Shown one piece after another: positions 50,693 to 59,472 of a DNA stretch of 64,000 bases. Numbering within the stretch: position 1 is the stretch's first letter; each line of letters starts with the position of its first letter. This DNA comes from Alphaproteobacteria bacterium (GTDB lineage Bacteria > Pseudomonadota > Alphaproteobacteria > Bin65), in contig CBDFNA010000002.1 in assembly GCA_965249845.1 (NCBI GenBank), forward strand, positions 78,417 through 142,416, read 5' to 3'. Below the pieces are notes generated by a model, which was not told where the DNA came from, ran no database searches, and saw only the letters and a program-made list of their open reading frames with translations. Made by a program: the position numbers and the translations under genes.

Positions 50693-50710
50693 CCACGGCG
50701 GCGCCTGCCG

Positions 50711-51610
50711 ATGTCGCGCATTTCACTCGCCGTTATCCTGTTCATCGCCGCCGCCGGCCTCTTCGACCTGACGCTGTTGCCGGACAGCGGCGGCCATGCA
50801 CGCGACGACAGCCGCATGCGCCGGCCGGACCCGGAACGGTCCAACCCGCCTGCGGACCGGGCCGGGCGCGAGGCTTGGAAGCCGCCGCAGGATTCGCCGG
50901 GCGGGGGCAACCTGGACGCGCCTTCGGCCGGCGACCCGGCGTTCAGCATCGCGGTGCCGGCTGAAAAGGGCAACTCGATCGGCACAGCCTTCTCGCTCGA
51001 CCGGCGCGGCGTGTGGATGACGGCGCGCCATGTCGTCGACGGCTGCGCCCGGGTGCTGATCGTGACCGCGCCGCGCCGCGGCGTGCGGGTCAACCGGACC
51101 TACATCCATCCGCGCGCCGATCTCGCCGTACTCCAGACCCGCGGCGGCGCGCCGGCGGTCCGCTTCACGCAGCAGACGCTGCGGCACGGCCAGACCGGCT
51201 ATCATTTCGGCTTCCCCAAGGGCGAGCCGGCGGCGGTGAAATCCGTCCTGATCGGCCGGCGGCGCATGCGCTCGGTCGGGCGCTACAACGTTATCGAGCC
51301 GGTCGTCGCCTGGGCCGACCGGGTGCGGGTGCCCGACAGCTACGGCGGGCTCGGCGGCATCAGCGGCGGCCCGGCAATGGACGGCCGCGGCAACATTATC
51401 GGCGTCACGGTAGCCGGCTCGAAACGGCGCGGCCGCATCTACACCACGGCGCTCACCTCCATCGCTGCGGCGATCGAGCGTTCAGGCGCGCGGGCGGAAC
51501 GGGACGGCGGCCGGCGCGGGACGATCGACGGCCGCAACTTTGCCGATTTCGGCGCGTCCCTGCGCAAGCGCCTGACCGTGGCGCTGGTCTATTGCGCCGC
51601 ATCGGCATGA
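50711..51610 (+). CDS. Exported trypsin-like serine protease
   Basis: GTAFS, TARHVV (His), DLAVL (Asp), GGISGGP (Ser); N-terminal signal or anchor. Confidence 0.88.
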   Translation: MSRISLAVILFIAAAGLFDLTLLPDSGGHARDDSRMRRPDPERSNPPADRAGREAWKPPQDSPGGGNLDAPSAGDPAFSIAVPAEKGNSIGTAFSLDRRGVWMTARHVVDGCARVLIVTAPRRGVRVNRTYIHPRADLAVLQTRGGAPAVRFTQQTLRHGQTGYHFGFPKGEPAAVKSVLIGRRRMRSVGRYNVIEPVVAWADRVRVPDSYGGLGGISGGPAMDGRGNIIGVTVAGSKRRGRIYTTALTSIAAAIERSGARAERDGGRRGTIDGRNFADFGASLRKRLTVALVYCAASA

Positions 51611-51620
51611 GGCCCGGCCC

Positions 51621-52067
51621 GTGACGGACCCGTCGCCCCCTGCCCCCGAGCCGCCCGGCCGCCCGATAATCGGCGTCGGCGTTGTCGTCTGGAAGGGCGA
51701 GCGGCTGTTGCTGATCCGGCGCGGCAAGTCGCCGATGCGCGGGCGCTGGAGCCTGCCCGGCGGCCGGCAGGAGCTCGGCGAGACGGTGCGCGAAACCGCC
51801 GTCCGCGAGGTCAGGGAAGAGACCGGCGTCGAGATCCGCCTCGGTGCGCTGCTCGATGTCGTCGATACGATCCGGCGCGACGAGACCGGCGCGGTCACCC
51901 TGCAATACACCCTGGTCGATTTCGACGCCGACTGGATTGCCGGGGAGCCGGCCGGCGCCAGCGATGCCGAATGCGCCGAATGGGCCGACCCCGACGACCT
52001 CGCACCCTACCGCCTCTGGAGCGAAACCCTGCGCATCGTCGCCCTGTCGCGGGAGCGGCGGGGGTAG
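51621..52067 (+). CDS. NUDIX hydrolase
   Basis: Nudix box GGRQELGETVRETAVREVREETG. Confidence 0.93.
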   Translation: MTDPSPPAPEPPGRPIIGVGVVVWKGERLLLIRRGKSPMRGRWSLPGGRQELGETVRETAVREVREETGVEIRLGALLDVVDTIRRDETGAVTLQYTLVDFDADWIAGEPAGASDAECAEWADPDDLAPYRLWSETLRIVALSRERRG

Positions 52068-52110
52068 CGCCCGGCTGCCCCCCTTCCCGTCATTTCGACT
52101 GGAGGCGCGT

Positions 52111-52264
52111 CCTTCGAGACGGGACTTCGAGACGCGATTCTCCGAACCGCTCCTCAGCCCCTCCTCAGGATGAAGCTGAGAGTGTGGAGCCAATAAACTT
52201 CTTCATCCTGAGGAGGCCATTGAGGAGGCGCGCGAGCGCCGTCTCGAAATGGCCGTCTCGAAGG
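52111..52264. repeat. Family A palindromic repeat (preceded by a partial family C unit at 52088)
   Basis: Same arms as the other family A copies; unique spacer. Confidence 0.9.
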
Positions 52265-52941
52265 CCTCTACGGCCATTGACCACGCATCCGGCGATCCGC
52301 GAGGCCTTGCAGGCGACGCTGGACGGCGGCATAGCTTTTGGCGCGACCAGCCCCTACGAGGCGCGGCTTCATAATATTTCCTAGATTTATGAACAAAATC
52401 ATAATTCGAACATTGGAGTCTCCCCATGGCCTTTTGCATTCCCGTGCCGGCCTGCGTGCCGTGGCCGCGCCATCCAGCACTATCTGCCCGGCAAGAGGCG
52501 TTCTGCCGCCGCCATGCCGCGTCGGGCAATGCCGCCTCACGGCACCGCCGAAATGCCGGCTCATGACAAAGGCGCCACATGACATTCCCGGACATGACCA
52601 CAGTATTTGCGCCGGCTGTTTCCCTTCCCGTCATTTCGACCGGAGCCCCGGATTTTGTCCGGGGCGGAGCGGAGAAATCTGCCCGACGCTCCGTCGACGC
52701 CGAAGCGCAGTACGTACGGCCGGCGCCCGTCGCCAGCCGGATTTCTCCCCTTCGACTTCGCTCAGGGCAGGCTACTGCGCGGCTTCGCATCTGGACCTGA
52801 TCGACAAGGGGTTCGAAATGACCCGGCGCGGCTACATGGCGATCTCGGGGCAACGGCGAGCCCGATTGCGCCGGAATCGAGGCGGTCGACGATTTCCTGA
52901 GCCACCACGGACATCTGCTGGACGCCAAGCCCGCCGAGTGA
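52265..52941 (+). pseudogene. Fragments of a class III (GSA-aminomutase-like) aminotransferase
   Basis: LYGH..HPAIREALQATLDGGIAFGATSPYEARL (52265-52370) and HLDLIDKGFEMTRRGYMAIS...AVDDFLSHHGHLL* (52790-52941); middle missing, repeat inserted. Confidence 0.6.
52628..52788. repeat. Family C REP doublet
   Basis: ccgtcatttcgaccggagc...ggagaaatct; the inverted arm atttctccccttcgacttcgctcagggcaggct matches 61580-61629. Confidence 0.8.
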
Positions 52942-53068
52942 CCGATCTTCGCCGAGCCGGCCCTGCGAAGGGTCCGGCGAAGCGGCAGGCTTTCGAGCGC
53001 ATACCGGGGCCGGGCGTATCGGGCTATGCTCCGGCGCGACCGGCCTGCAACGGAGGACTATCCGACCC

Positions 53069-53956
53069 ATGCCCTATGCAACGACCGATGACAGGGTGCG
53101 CCTGTATTACGAGGAGGCGGGGGCGGGGACGCCGGTCGTCTTCGTGCACGAATTTGCCGGCGATATGGGCTCCTGGGAGCCGCAGTTGCGGCATTTCGCA
53201 CATCGCTACCGCGCGCTGGCCTACAACGCGCGCGGCTACCCGCCCTCGGAGGCGCCGGAAGACCCGGCCCGCTACGGCCAGGCGCGCGCCGCCGACGATA
53301 TCGCCGCCGTCATGGACGCCGCCGGGATCGACCGGGCGCATGTCTGCGGACTCTCCATGGGCGGGTTCGCCACGCTGCATTTCGGCTTCCGCCATGCCGG
53401 GCGCGCGCGCTCGCTGGTCGTGGCCGGATGCGGCTACGGGGCGGAGCCCGACAAGCACGCGCAGTTCAGGGCCGAGGCCGAGGCGACGGCGGCGCTGATC
53501 GAGCGGGACGGCATGGCGGCCTTCGCCGACATCTATTCCCGGGGGCCGACCCGCGTGCAGTTCGAGAACAAGGACCCGCGCGGCTGGCGCGAGTTCCGCG
53601 ACCGGCTCGCCGAACATTCGCCGGCGGGCGCGGCCGCCACCATGCGCGGCGTCCAGGCGCTGCGGCCCTCGCTCTACGACCTCACCGACGAGATGGCGGC
53701 GCTCCGCGTGCCGACCCTGGTGCTGACCGGCGACGAGGACTGGCCCTGCCTGCTGCCGGGCGTGCTGATGAAACGGACCATTCCCTCGGCGGCGCTCTCG
53801 GTCATGGTCAATTGCGGCCACACCATCAATATCGAGGAACCGGACGAGTTCAACCGCATCTGCGGCGCGTTCTTCGCCCAAGTCGATGCCGGCCGCTGGC
53901 CGGAGCACGATCCGCGCGCTGTGACGGCCTCGATCCTCGGCGTCGAGACGAAATAG
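53069..53956 (+). CDS. Alpha/beta hydrolase
   Basis: VFVHEFAG, YNARGY, nucleophile elbow GLSMGG, GDED, CGH.IN.EEP. Confidence 0.92.
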   Translation: MPYATTDDRVRLYYEEAGAGTPVVFVHEFAGDMGSWEPQLRHFAHRYRALAYNARGYPPSEAPEDPARYGQARAADDIAAVMDAAGIDRAHVCGLSMGGFATLHFGFRHAGRARSLVVAGCGYGAEPDKHAQFRAEAEATAALIERDGMAAFADIYSRGPTRVQFENKDPRGWREFRDRLAEHSPAGAAATMRGVQALRPSLYDLTDEMAALRVPTLVLTGDEDWPCLLPGVLMKRTIPSAALSVMVNCGHTINIEEPDEFNRICGAFFAQVDAGRWPEHDPRAVTASILGVETK

Positions 53957-54042
53957 GGAAAAATGCGCAGTCTGCGCGTCGATTTTTTTCTATTTACAGA
54001 CCGGTCGTTCTATTTTCGGTCGGACAGCCGGTATGCCGGCGC

Positions 54043-54200
54043 CCTTCGAGACGGGGCTTCGAGACGCGGCCCTGCGGACCGCTCCTCAGCCCCTCCTCAG
54101 GATGAAGCTGGAAAAAGCAAAACAAACACAACCCTTCATCCTGAGGAGGCCATTGAGGAGCAGTGCGCAGCACTGCGTCTCGAAATGGCCGTCTCGAAGG
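54043..54200. repeat. Family A palindromic repeat
   Basis: Same arms; spacer shares aacacaaccc with the dnaE2-internal copy. Confidence 0.9.
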
Positions 54201-54224
54201 ACGATTGACGTCCGCTACCCGCCC

Positions 54225-54845
54225 CTACCCGCTCGGCACGGTCGCCTGCATGGCCGGGCGTTGGGCGTAGGCCGCGAACCACCCGGCGAGCGCCGGACGC
54301 CCGCCGCGCCAGTCCCGGTCGGCGAAACGGAAATCGAGATAGCCGAGGGCGCAACCGAACGCGATCGCGCCGAGGTTCGTTTCGGCGGCGGCCGGATCGC
54401 CGAGGTCCGCCGCTTCGGCGTTCATCGCGTCGAGCGCCCCGTCGACCTTGCCCATCTGGGCCGCAAGCCAGCCGTCCCACTGCTTGTCCGCCGGCCGCAC
54501 GAAGGTCTCGTAGCGGCACAGCACGGCGGCGTCCTCGAGACCGTCGGCCAGCGCCTCCCGCCGTTTCGCGGTCCAGCGCGCCGCGCCCCCGGCCGGCATG
54601 ACCTTGTGGCCGCCCAGATCGTTCAGATAGTCGGAGATGACGCCGGAATCGTAGAGCACCGCCCCGTCGCCGGTCACCAGGGTCGGGATCTTCTTGACCG
54701 GGTTCGCCGCCGCCACCCCGGGATCCGGCTGATGCGGCGCGGTCGCGATGATTTCCAGATCGATTCTGTCGTCGAGCCCGCTTTCCATCGCGACGATGCG
54801 AACCTTGCGGACGAAGGGGGACGCGAGGGCGGTGAACAGTTTCAT
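54225..54845 (-). CDS. Glutathione S-transferase family protein
   Basis: SPFVRKVR, NPVKKIPTL..G..LYDS.VI, IAFGCALGYLDFRF. Confidence 0.92.
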   Translation of the reverse strand: MKLFTALASPFVRKVRIVAMESGLDDRIDLEIIATAPHQPDPGVAAANPVKKIPTLVTGDGAVLYDSGVISDYLNDLGGHKVMPAGGAARWTAKRREALADGLEDAAVLCRYETFVRPADKQWDGWLAAQMGKVDGALDAMNAEAADLGDPAAAETNLGAIAFGCALGYLDFRFADRDWRGGRPALAGWFAAYAQRPAMQATVPSG

Positions 54846-54889
54846 GGCTTTGTCCTGTAGGGGCCAGTCAGATTTGCGGGAGGGGCCGC

Positions 54890-55666
54890 TCAGCCCCGGA
54901 ACACATCCTTGCGCTGCCGGACTTCGGCAAAGACCTCGACCGGCGATCCGCCGGCCAGCCCGACCGTGGCGGCGACCCCGGCATCGTCGGCGCGCAGGAA
55001 CGGATTGGTGCGCTTCTCGACGCCGAGCTTGCCCGGCACGGTCGCAATGCCGGCGGCGCGCATCCGGTCGATCTCGGCGGCCCGGGCGGTCAGGTCGGCA
55101 TTCTGCGGATCGACCGTGACGGCAAAGCGGGCGTTGGCCTGGGTGTACTCGTGGGCGCAATAGACATTGGCGCTGTCCGGCAGGGCGCGCAGCTTGCCCA
55201 GGCTGGTCCACATCTGCGCCGGCGTGCCCTCGAACAGGCGACCGCAGCCGAGCAGGAACAGGGTATCGCCGCAAAACAGGGCGTCGCTGGCGGCGAACCA
55301 GTAGGCGATATGGCCGCGCGTGTGGCCCGGCACGTCGAAGACCTCGGCGCGGGCGTTGCCGAAATCGTAGCTGTCGCCGTCGCCGACTTCGATATCGATG
55401 CCGGGGATGCGGTCGCGGTCGGCGCGCGGCCCGACGACGGTGCAGCCGGTCTCTCCTTTGATCTCCCGGTTGCCGCCGGTGTGGTCGCCGTGATGATGGG
55501 TGTTGAGGATATGGGTGATCGCCCAGCCGCGTTTCGCGGCCTCGGCCAGCGGCGCGTCGGCGACCGCCGGGTCGACCACCGCGGTCAGCTTCTGTGCCGG
55601 CTCATGCGCCAGCCAGACATAGTTGTCGTTGAGAACGGGTATGCGGACGATTTCGAGCCGGGACAT
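54890..55666 (-). CDS. gloB: Hydroxyacylglutathione hydrolase (glyoxalase II)
   Basis: DNYVW, THHHGDHTGG, PGHTRGH, GDTLFLLGCGR, YCAHEYT, NPFLR. Confidence 0.95.
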   Translation of the reverse strand: MSRLEIVRIPVLNDNYVWLAHEPAQKLTAVVDPAVADAPLAEAAKRGWAITHILNTHHHGDHTGGNREIKGETGCTVVGPRADRDRIPGIDIEVGDGDSYDFGNARAEVFDVPGHTRGHIAYWFAASDALFCGDTLFLLGCGRLFEGTPAQMWTSLGKLRALPDSANVYCAHEYTQANARFAVTVDPQNADLTARAAEIDRMRAAGIATVPGKLGVEKRTNPFLRADDAGVAATVGLAGGSPVEVFAEVRQRKDVFRG

Positions 55667-55877
55667 GGCGGGCGGATCCATCGGCGGAACGGGATGCTGC
55701 CGCTATCTAGCATCGCGCCCGGACGCGGCCAACCGTTACGGGCGCGATGCGCGACGGAGGCGCGCGCCTCGTATTTCGTCGAATCGCCACCGGCGCGATT
55801 GCTTGACTGTACCATTCGTTCAGACCAGCCTGTGGCTAGTCCAGCTGCGACCCGCATCCCATCAGGAGGTTGGCCCC

Positions 55878-56062
55878 GTGTCCGAAAACGGCGCATTCGA
55901 AGCGAATACCCGTCGTGCCGGGCCGCGCGATGCCGAAAGTGTGCGGTCCGCAATTGCCGGCCTGAAGGTGTTTCAGGAGACACACAGTCTGGATGGACTG
56001 TCGGTCCGCCGCATTATCGAAGACGCGCGCCAGTATTGACGACATTCGCTCTCGATTGCCCG
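55878..56062 (+). pseudogene. Internally deleted Phd/YefM-type antitoxin followed by a VapC start fragment
   Basis: RBS aggagg; MSENGAFEANT (cf. IGAFEAKT) joined directly to AIAGLKVFQETHSLDGLSVRRIIEDARQY*; overlapping TTG gives MTTFALDC and then loses similarity. Confidence 0.6.
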
Positions 56063-56288
56063 GTCGCCGCGAATTAGCGCGATTCTGGCGACGTGCAGCA
56101 CGAATCTCCCCGGTGCCGCCCCGGACGCTGCGCAGCAGCGATCCGGGGCCCAGAGCCACGGGCGCGCGCTTATCGGGACGGCACTGGACCCCGGACTTCC
56201 GCTTCGCTCCATCCGGGGTGACAAGTTTACGTTATTGAAAGAAGATTCGCCCTGATGAGGCAGCGGAAGCTTCCCTATATGACCGCCC

Positions 56289-57029
56289 ATGTGGACTGAC
56301 GTCGCCGACCTTCATGCGTTTTACGACTCGCCGACCGGCCGGATGGCGCAGCGGATGATCCGGCGTAAATTGCGCCGGATGTGGCCTAATGTCGGCGGTG
56401 CGACGGTGCTGGGTTTCGGCTATGCGACGCCGTATCTGCACCGGTTCCAGAGCGAGGCGGTGCGAGTCTGCGCCCTGATGCCGCCGCAGCAGGGCATCCT
56501 GCAATGGACGGTGGACGGCAAGGTCGCCGTCGGCCTCGCCGACGAGACCCTGTTCCCGCTGCCCGACCGCTGCATCGACCGGCTATTGCTGATCCACGCC
56601 ATCGAGGCGAGCGAAGCCCTGCGCCCGATGCTGGCGGAATGCTGGCGCGTGCTGGCCGACGGCGGCCGGATGATCGTGGTGGCGCCGAACCGGCGCGGCA
56701 TCTGGGCCCGGCTGGAGCGCACCCCGTTCGGCCAGGGCCGGCCCTTTTCCGAAGGCCAGATCCGCCGCCTGCTGCGCGAGACCCAGTTTACTCCTGTGCG
56801 CAGCGAGGCCGCCCTGTTCGCGCCGCCGGTGCGCCGCCGCATGATCCTGTCGACGGCCAATGCGTGGGAGCGGATCGGCGAGCGCTGGCTCGGCCTGATC
56901 GCCGGCGTGACTCTCACCGAGGCGACCAAACAGGTCTATTCCGCCGTCCCGCTGCCGGCGCGCTCCCCGTTGCGCATGCTCGCCGTCCCGGCCCACCCGG
57001 CGGCGGCAAGGGAGCCGGTGTCCGAATGA
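56289..57029 (+). CDS. Class I SAM-dependent methyltransferase (type 11)
   Basis: DL..FY.SPTG, VLGFGYATPYL, LAECWRVL..GGR, PNRRG.WAR.E.TPFG.GRPFS; typical neighbour of gloB. Confidence 0.88.
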   Translation: MWTDVADLHAFYDSPTGRMAQRMIRRKLRRMWPNVGGATVLGFGYATPYLHRFQSEAVRVCALMPPQQGILQWTVDGKVAVGLADETLFPLPDRCIDRLLLIHAIEASEALRPMLAECWRVLADGGRMIVVAPNRRGIWARLERTPFGQGRPFSEGQIRRLLRETQFTPVRSEAALFAPPVRRRMILSTANAWERIGERWLGLIAGVTLTEATKQVYSAVPLPARSPLRMLAVPAHPAAAREPVSE

Positions 57030-57077
57030 GGGAGGGAGGGAGCGGTTACGCGCCGGACCTGTCAGGGTGAGGGCCCG

Positions 57078-57191
57078 CCCTTTGATACGCCGCCTTCGGC
57101 GGCTACTCAGGGTGAGGGCGGGTGTTGTCGGGCAGGAAATTCCCTATAAAATTCCCTCATCCCGAGTAGGCCCGTAGGGCCGTATCGAGGG
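57078..57191. repeat. Family B REP doublet between convergent genes
   Basis: ccctttgatacgccgcc..ggcggctactcagggtgaggg / ccctcatcccgagtaggcccgtagggccgtatcgaggg. Confidence 0.82.
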
Positions 57192-57197
57192 ACGCCG

Positions 57198-58124
57198 TTA
57201 CTTGCCCCGCCCGACCTCTTCGATGTCGAACGGCGCGGTCTGGTAGAGCTTGTTGATCCAGTTGCCGATCAGCAGGTGGCCGTGCGCCTTCCAAATGTTG
57301 CGCGGGGTCTTGGACGGATCGTCGTGGGGGAAATAGTTTTCCGGAATGCGCACCGTATCCGGCCGGGCCTCCGTATCGCGGACATATTCGTTGTAGAGGG
57401 TGCGCGACTCGTATTCGAGATGGTTGAACATGTAGACGGCGTTCAGCGCCTTGTCGGTCACCATGCACACGCCGGCTTCGTCGGACTCCAGCACGATCTG
57501 CAGCGCCTCGTGCTTCTCGATGTCCCGGGCCCGGCATTCGGTGTAGCGCGAGACCGGCACCGGCAGCACATCGTTGAAGCCGCGGACCATGGGATCGGTC
57601 CGCCGCGCCACCCGGTGGGCGAAGACGCCCGAGATCTTGCGCGGCAGCAGGTATTTCGGCACCCGGTAGTGGTGGTAGAGCTGGGCCTGCGCACCCCAGC
57701 AGATATTGAAGCTGCTGTGGACATGGGTTTTCGACCAATCCATGATCGCTTCCAGTTCGTTCCAGTATTTTACCTCTTCGAAGTCGATCTCCTCGACCGG
57801 CGCGCCGGTGACGATCAGGCCGTCGAACTTCTCGTCGCGGATATCCTGCCACGGCTTGTAGAAGGCGAGCATGTGCTCCTGGGGCGTGTTCGACGGGATA
57901 TAGTGGGACGGCGAGACCAGCGTCATCTCGACCTGCAGCGGGCTCGCCCCGATCAGGCGCGACAGCTGGGTCTCGGTCTCGATCTTCTTCGGCATCAGGT
58001 TGAGCAGCGCCAGGCGCAGGGGCCGGATATCCTGCCGGACGGCATCCTGCTCGCGCATCACATCCACCCCTTCCTTCTGCAGGATGTGGGCAGCGGGCAG
58101 GTCGTCGGGAATCTTGATCGGCAT
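57198..58124 (-). CDS. metA: Homoserine O-acyltransferase (MetA fold; acetyltransferase-type signature)
   Basis: MPIKIPDDLPA, LNLMPKKIETE, TGAPVE, ICWGAQA, PVSRYTE, NHLEY, WKAHGHLL. Confidence 0.95.
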   Translation of the reverse strand: MPIKIPDDLPAAHILQKEGVDVMREQDAVRQDIRPLRLALLNLMPKKIETETQLSRLIGASPLQVEMTLVSPSHYIPSNTPQEHMLAFYKPWQDIRDEKFDGLIVTGAPVEEIDFEEVKYWNELEAIMDWSKTHVHSSFNICWGAQAQLYHHYRVPKYLLPRKISGVFAHRVARRTDPMVRGFNDVLPVPVSRYTECRARDIEKHEALQIVLESDEAGVCMVTDKALNAVYMFNHLEYESRTLYNEYVRDTEARPDTVRIPENYFPHDDPSKTPRNIWKAHGHLLIGNWINKLYQTAPFDIEEVGRGK

Positions 58125-58275
58125 GGGCGCGCTCGGTTGCTGCAACGGTTCCGGAGCGCTGATATGGCATCCGGGGGGCAGTTGTCGAGATGGCGGAAAC
58201 ATGGACGCCATGCCCCCGGCCGGTGTAGGGGAAGGAGAGAGCCCTTTTCCTGCGATCCCGCAATACCGCCAGCGC

Positions 58276-59025
58276 ATGCCTCCCGAATCCGACGACACCC
58301 TCGCCGCCTTGCGGGCGCAGATCGACGCTGTCGATGCGCGGCTGCTCGCCGCCATCGCCGAGCGGATCCGGATCGCCCAGCGGGTGGGCGCGGCCAAAGG
58401 CGCGGCCACGGGAATTGGCGGCGCTGCGTCCGATAGCGTGCCGGTGCACCGGCCGGGGCGCGAGGCGGCGCTGATCCGCGCGCTGATCGACCGCTATGAA
58501 GGGCCGATGGACCGGGCCGCGCTCCACGCCGTCTGGCGCGAACTTATCGGTGCGTCGATCGCGGTCCAGAAGCCGCTCGCGGTCGCCACGGCGGACAGTG
58601 CGGCGGAACAGGCGGCAAAGCTGCATTTCGGCGCCAGCCAGAACTACCGGTGGGCGGCGAGCCCGGTCCTCGAGGTGGCGGGCGACCGGGCGGACATTGC
58701 GCTCTTCCCGGTCGGCGACGGCGAAGGCTGGCTGGCGGCGGCGGACCTGCTGGCCGCGCGCGCCGATTGCGCCCTGCTGTGGCGCCTGCCTTTCACCGTG
58801 CCGGGCGGCGGCTGGATCGCGGCCGGCCGCGGCATTGCCGAGGACAGCGGCGACGACCTGACCGTCGCCATCGCGCCCGCAGCGGCAGTGCCGGAGGATC
58901 CGGCAATCGAAACCCTGTGCCCGCTGCCCGACGGCCGGGCCGTCCTCGCCATCGACGGCGAACTCGACGGGGCGGACGCCGCGGTGCTGCAATTGGGCCG
59001 GTTCCCCGCGCCGCTGGAAATCTGA
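58276..59025 (+). CDS. Chorismate mutase with C-terminal extension
   Basis: LAALRAQIDAVDARLL..IAER...RPGREA.LIR.L...WRELI; upstream of hisC-tyrC. Confidence 0.85.
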   Translation: MPPESDDTLAALRAQIDAVDARLLAAIAERIRIAQRVGAAKGAATGIGGAASDSVPVHRPGREAALIRALIDRYEGPMDRAALHAVWRELIGASIAVQKPLAVATADSAAEQAAKLHFGASQNYRWAASPVLEVAGDRADIALFPVGDGEGWLAAADLLAARADCALLWRLPFTVPGGGWIAAGRGIAEDSGDDLTVAIAPAAAVPEDPAIETLCPLPDGRAVLAIDGELDGADAAVLQLGRFPAPLEI

Positions 59026-59035
59026 TTTATACCGG

Positions 59036-59150
59036 ATGGCTATGACCTTACGAGACATGATGAAAGATCTCCCGGCAGGGCGGCGGGCGCGCATCGAAGC
59101 CGAGGCCGACCGTTTGCATCGGGAATACAAGGCCCTGAGGGAACTTCGAG
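59036..59150 (+). pseudogene. N-terminal remnant of an XRE/HigA-type antitoxin
   Basis: MAMTLRDMMKDLPAGRRARIEAEADRL...KALRELR; the HTH that normally follows is absent. Confidence 0.55.
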
Positions 59151-59239
59151 GCTCGGATTATAACGATCGCGACGCCGCAATCTGTTGGGCAGGCACGGAG
59201 AATTTCCACCCTGGAACCCCGGACCGGAACGATTCTTCA

Positions 59240-59379
59240 CCCTCTTCAGAGGGGGAAGTGGCCGAGCGCAGCGAGGTCGATGGGGGTGCCTTGCCGGGCC
59301 GATGTCGAAGCCTTCCCTGAGACCCGCGTCTGGCGACGCGGCACCCCCACCTGACCTCCCCCTCTGCAGAGGGGGAGGA
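59240..59379. repeat. Family D REP doublet
   Basis: ccctcttcagagggggaagtggccgagcgcagcgaggtcgatggggg / cccccacctgacctccccctctgcagagggggagg. Confidence 0.75.
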
Positions 59380-59472
59380 ATCGCGACATGGATTTGCCGA
59401 GTCCATTTATGCAATTGGTGAGAAATTCAGTCTGGTTCGTTTCCCTCCCGTTTCCTGCATGGAGCATGCGCC

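Noticed and set aside
16293-54200. Family A repeats with unique spacers as a CRISPR array
   Set aside because: The copies are dispersed over 38 kb, the arms are inverted rather than direct, and no cas genes are present.
58125-58275. SAM-II or SAM-SAH riboswitch upstream of metA
   Set aside because: I could not find the conserved motifs on the minus strand, and the interval is a short divergent promoter.
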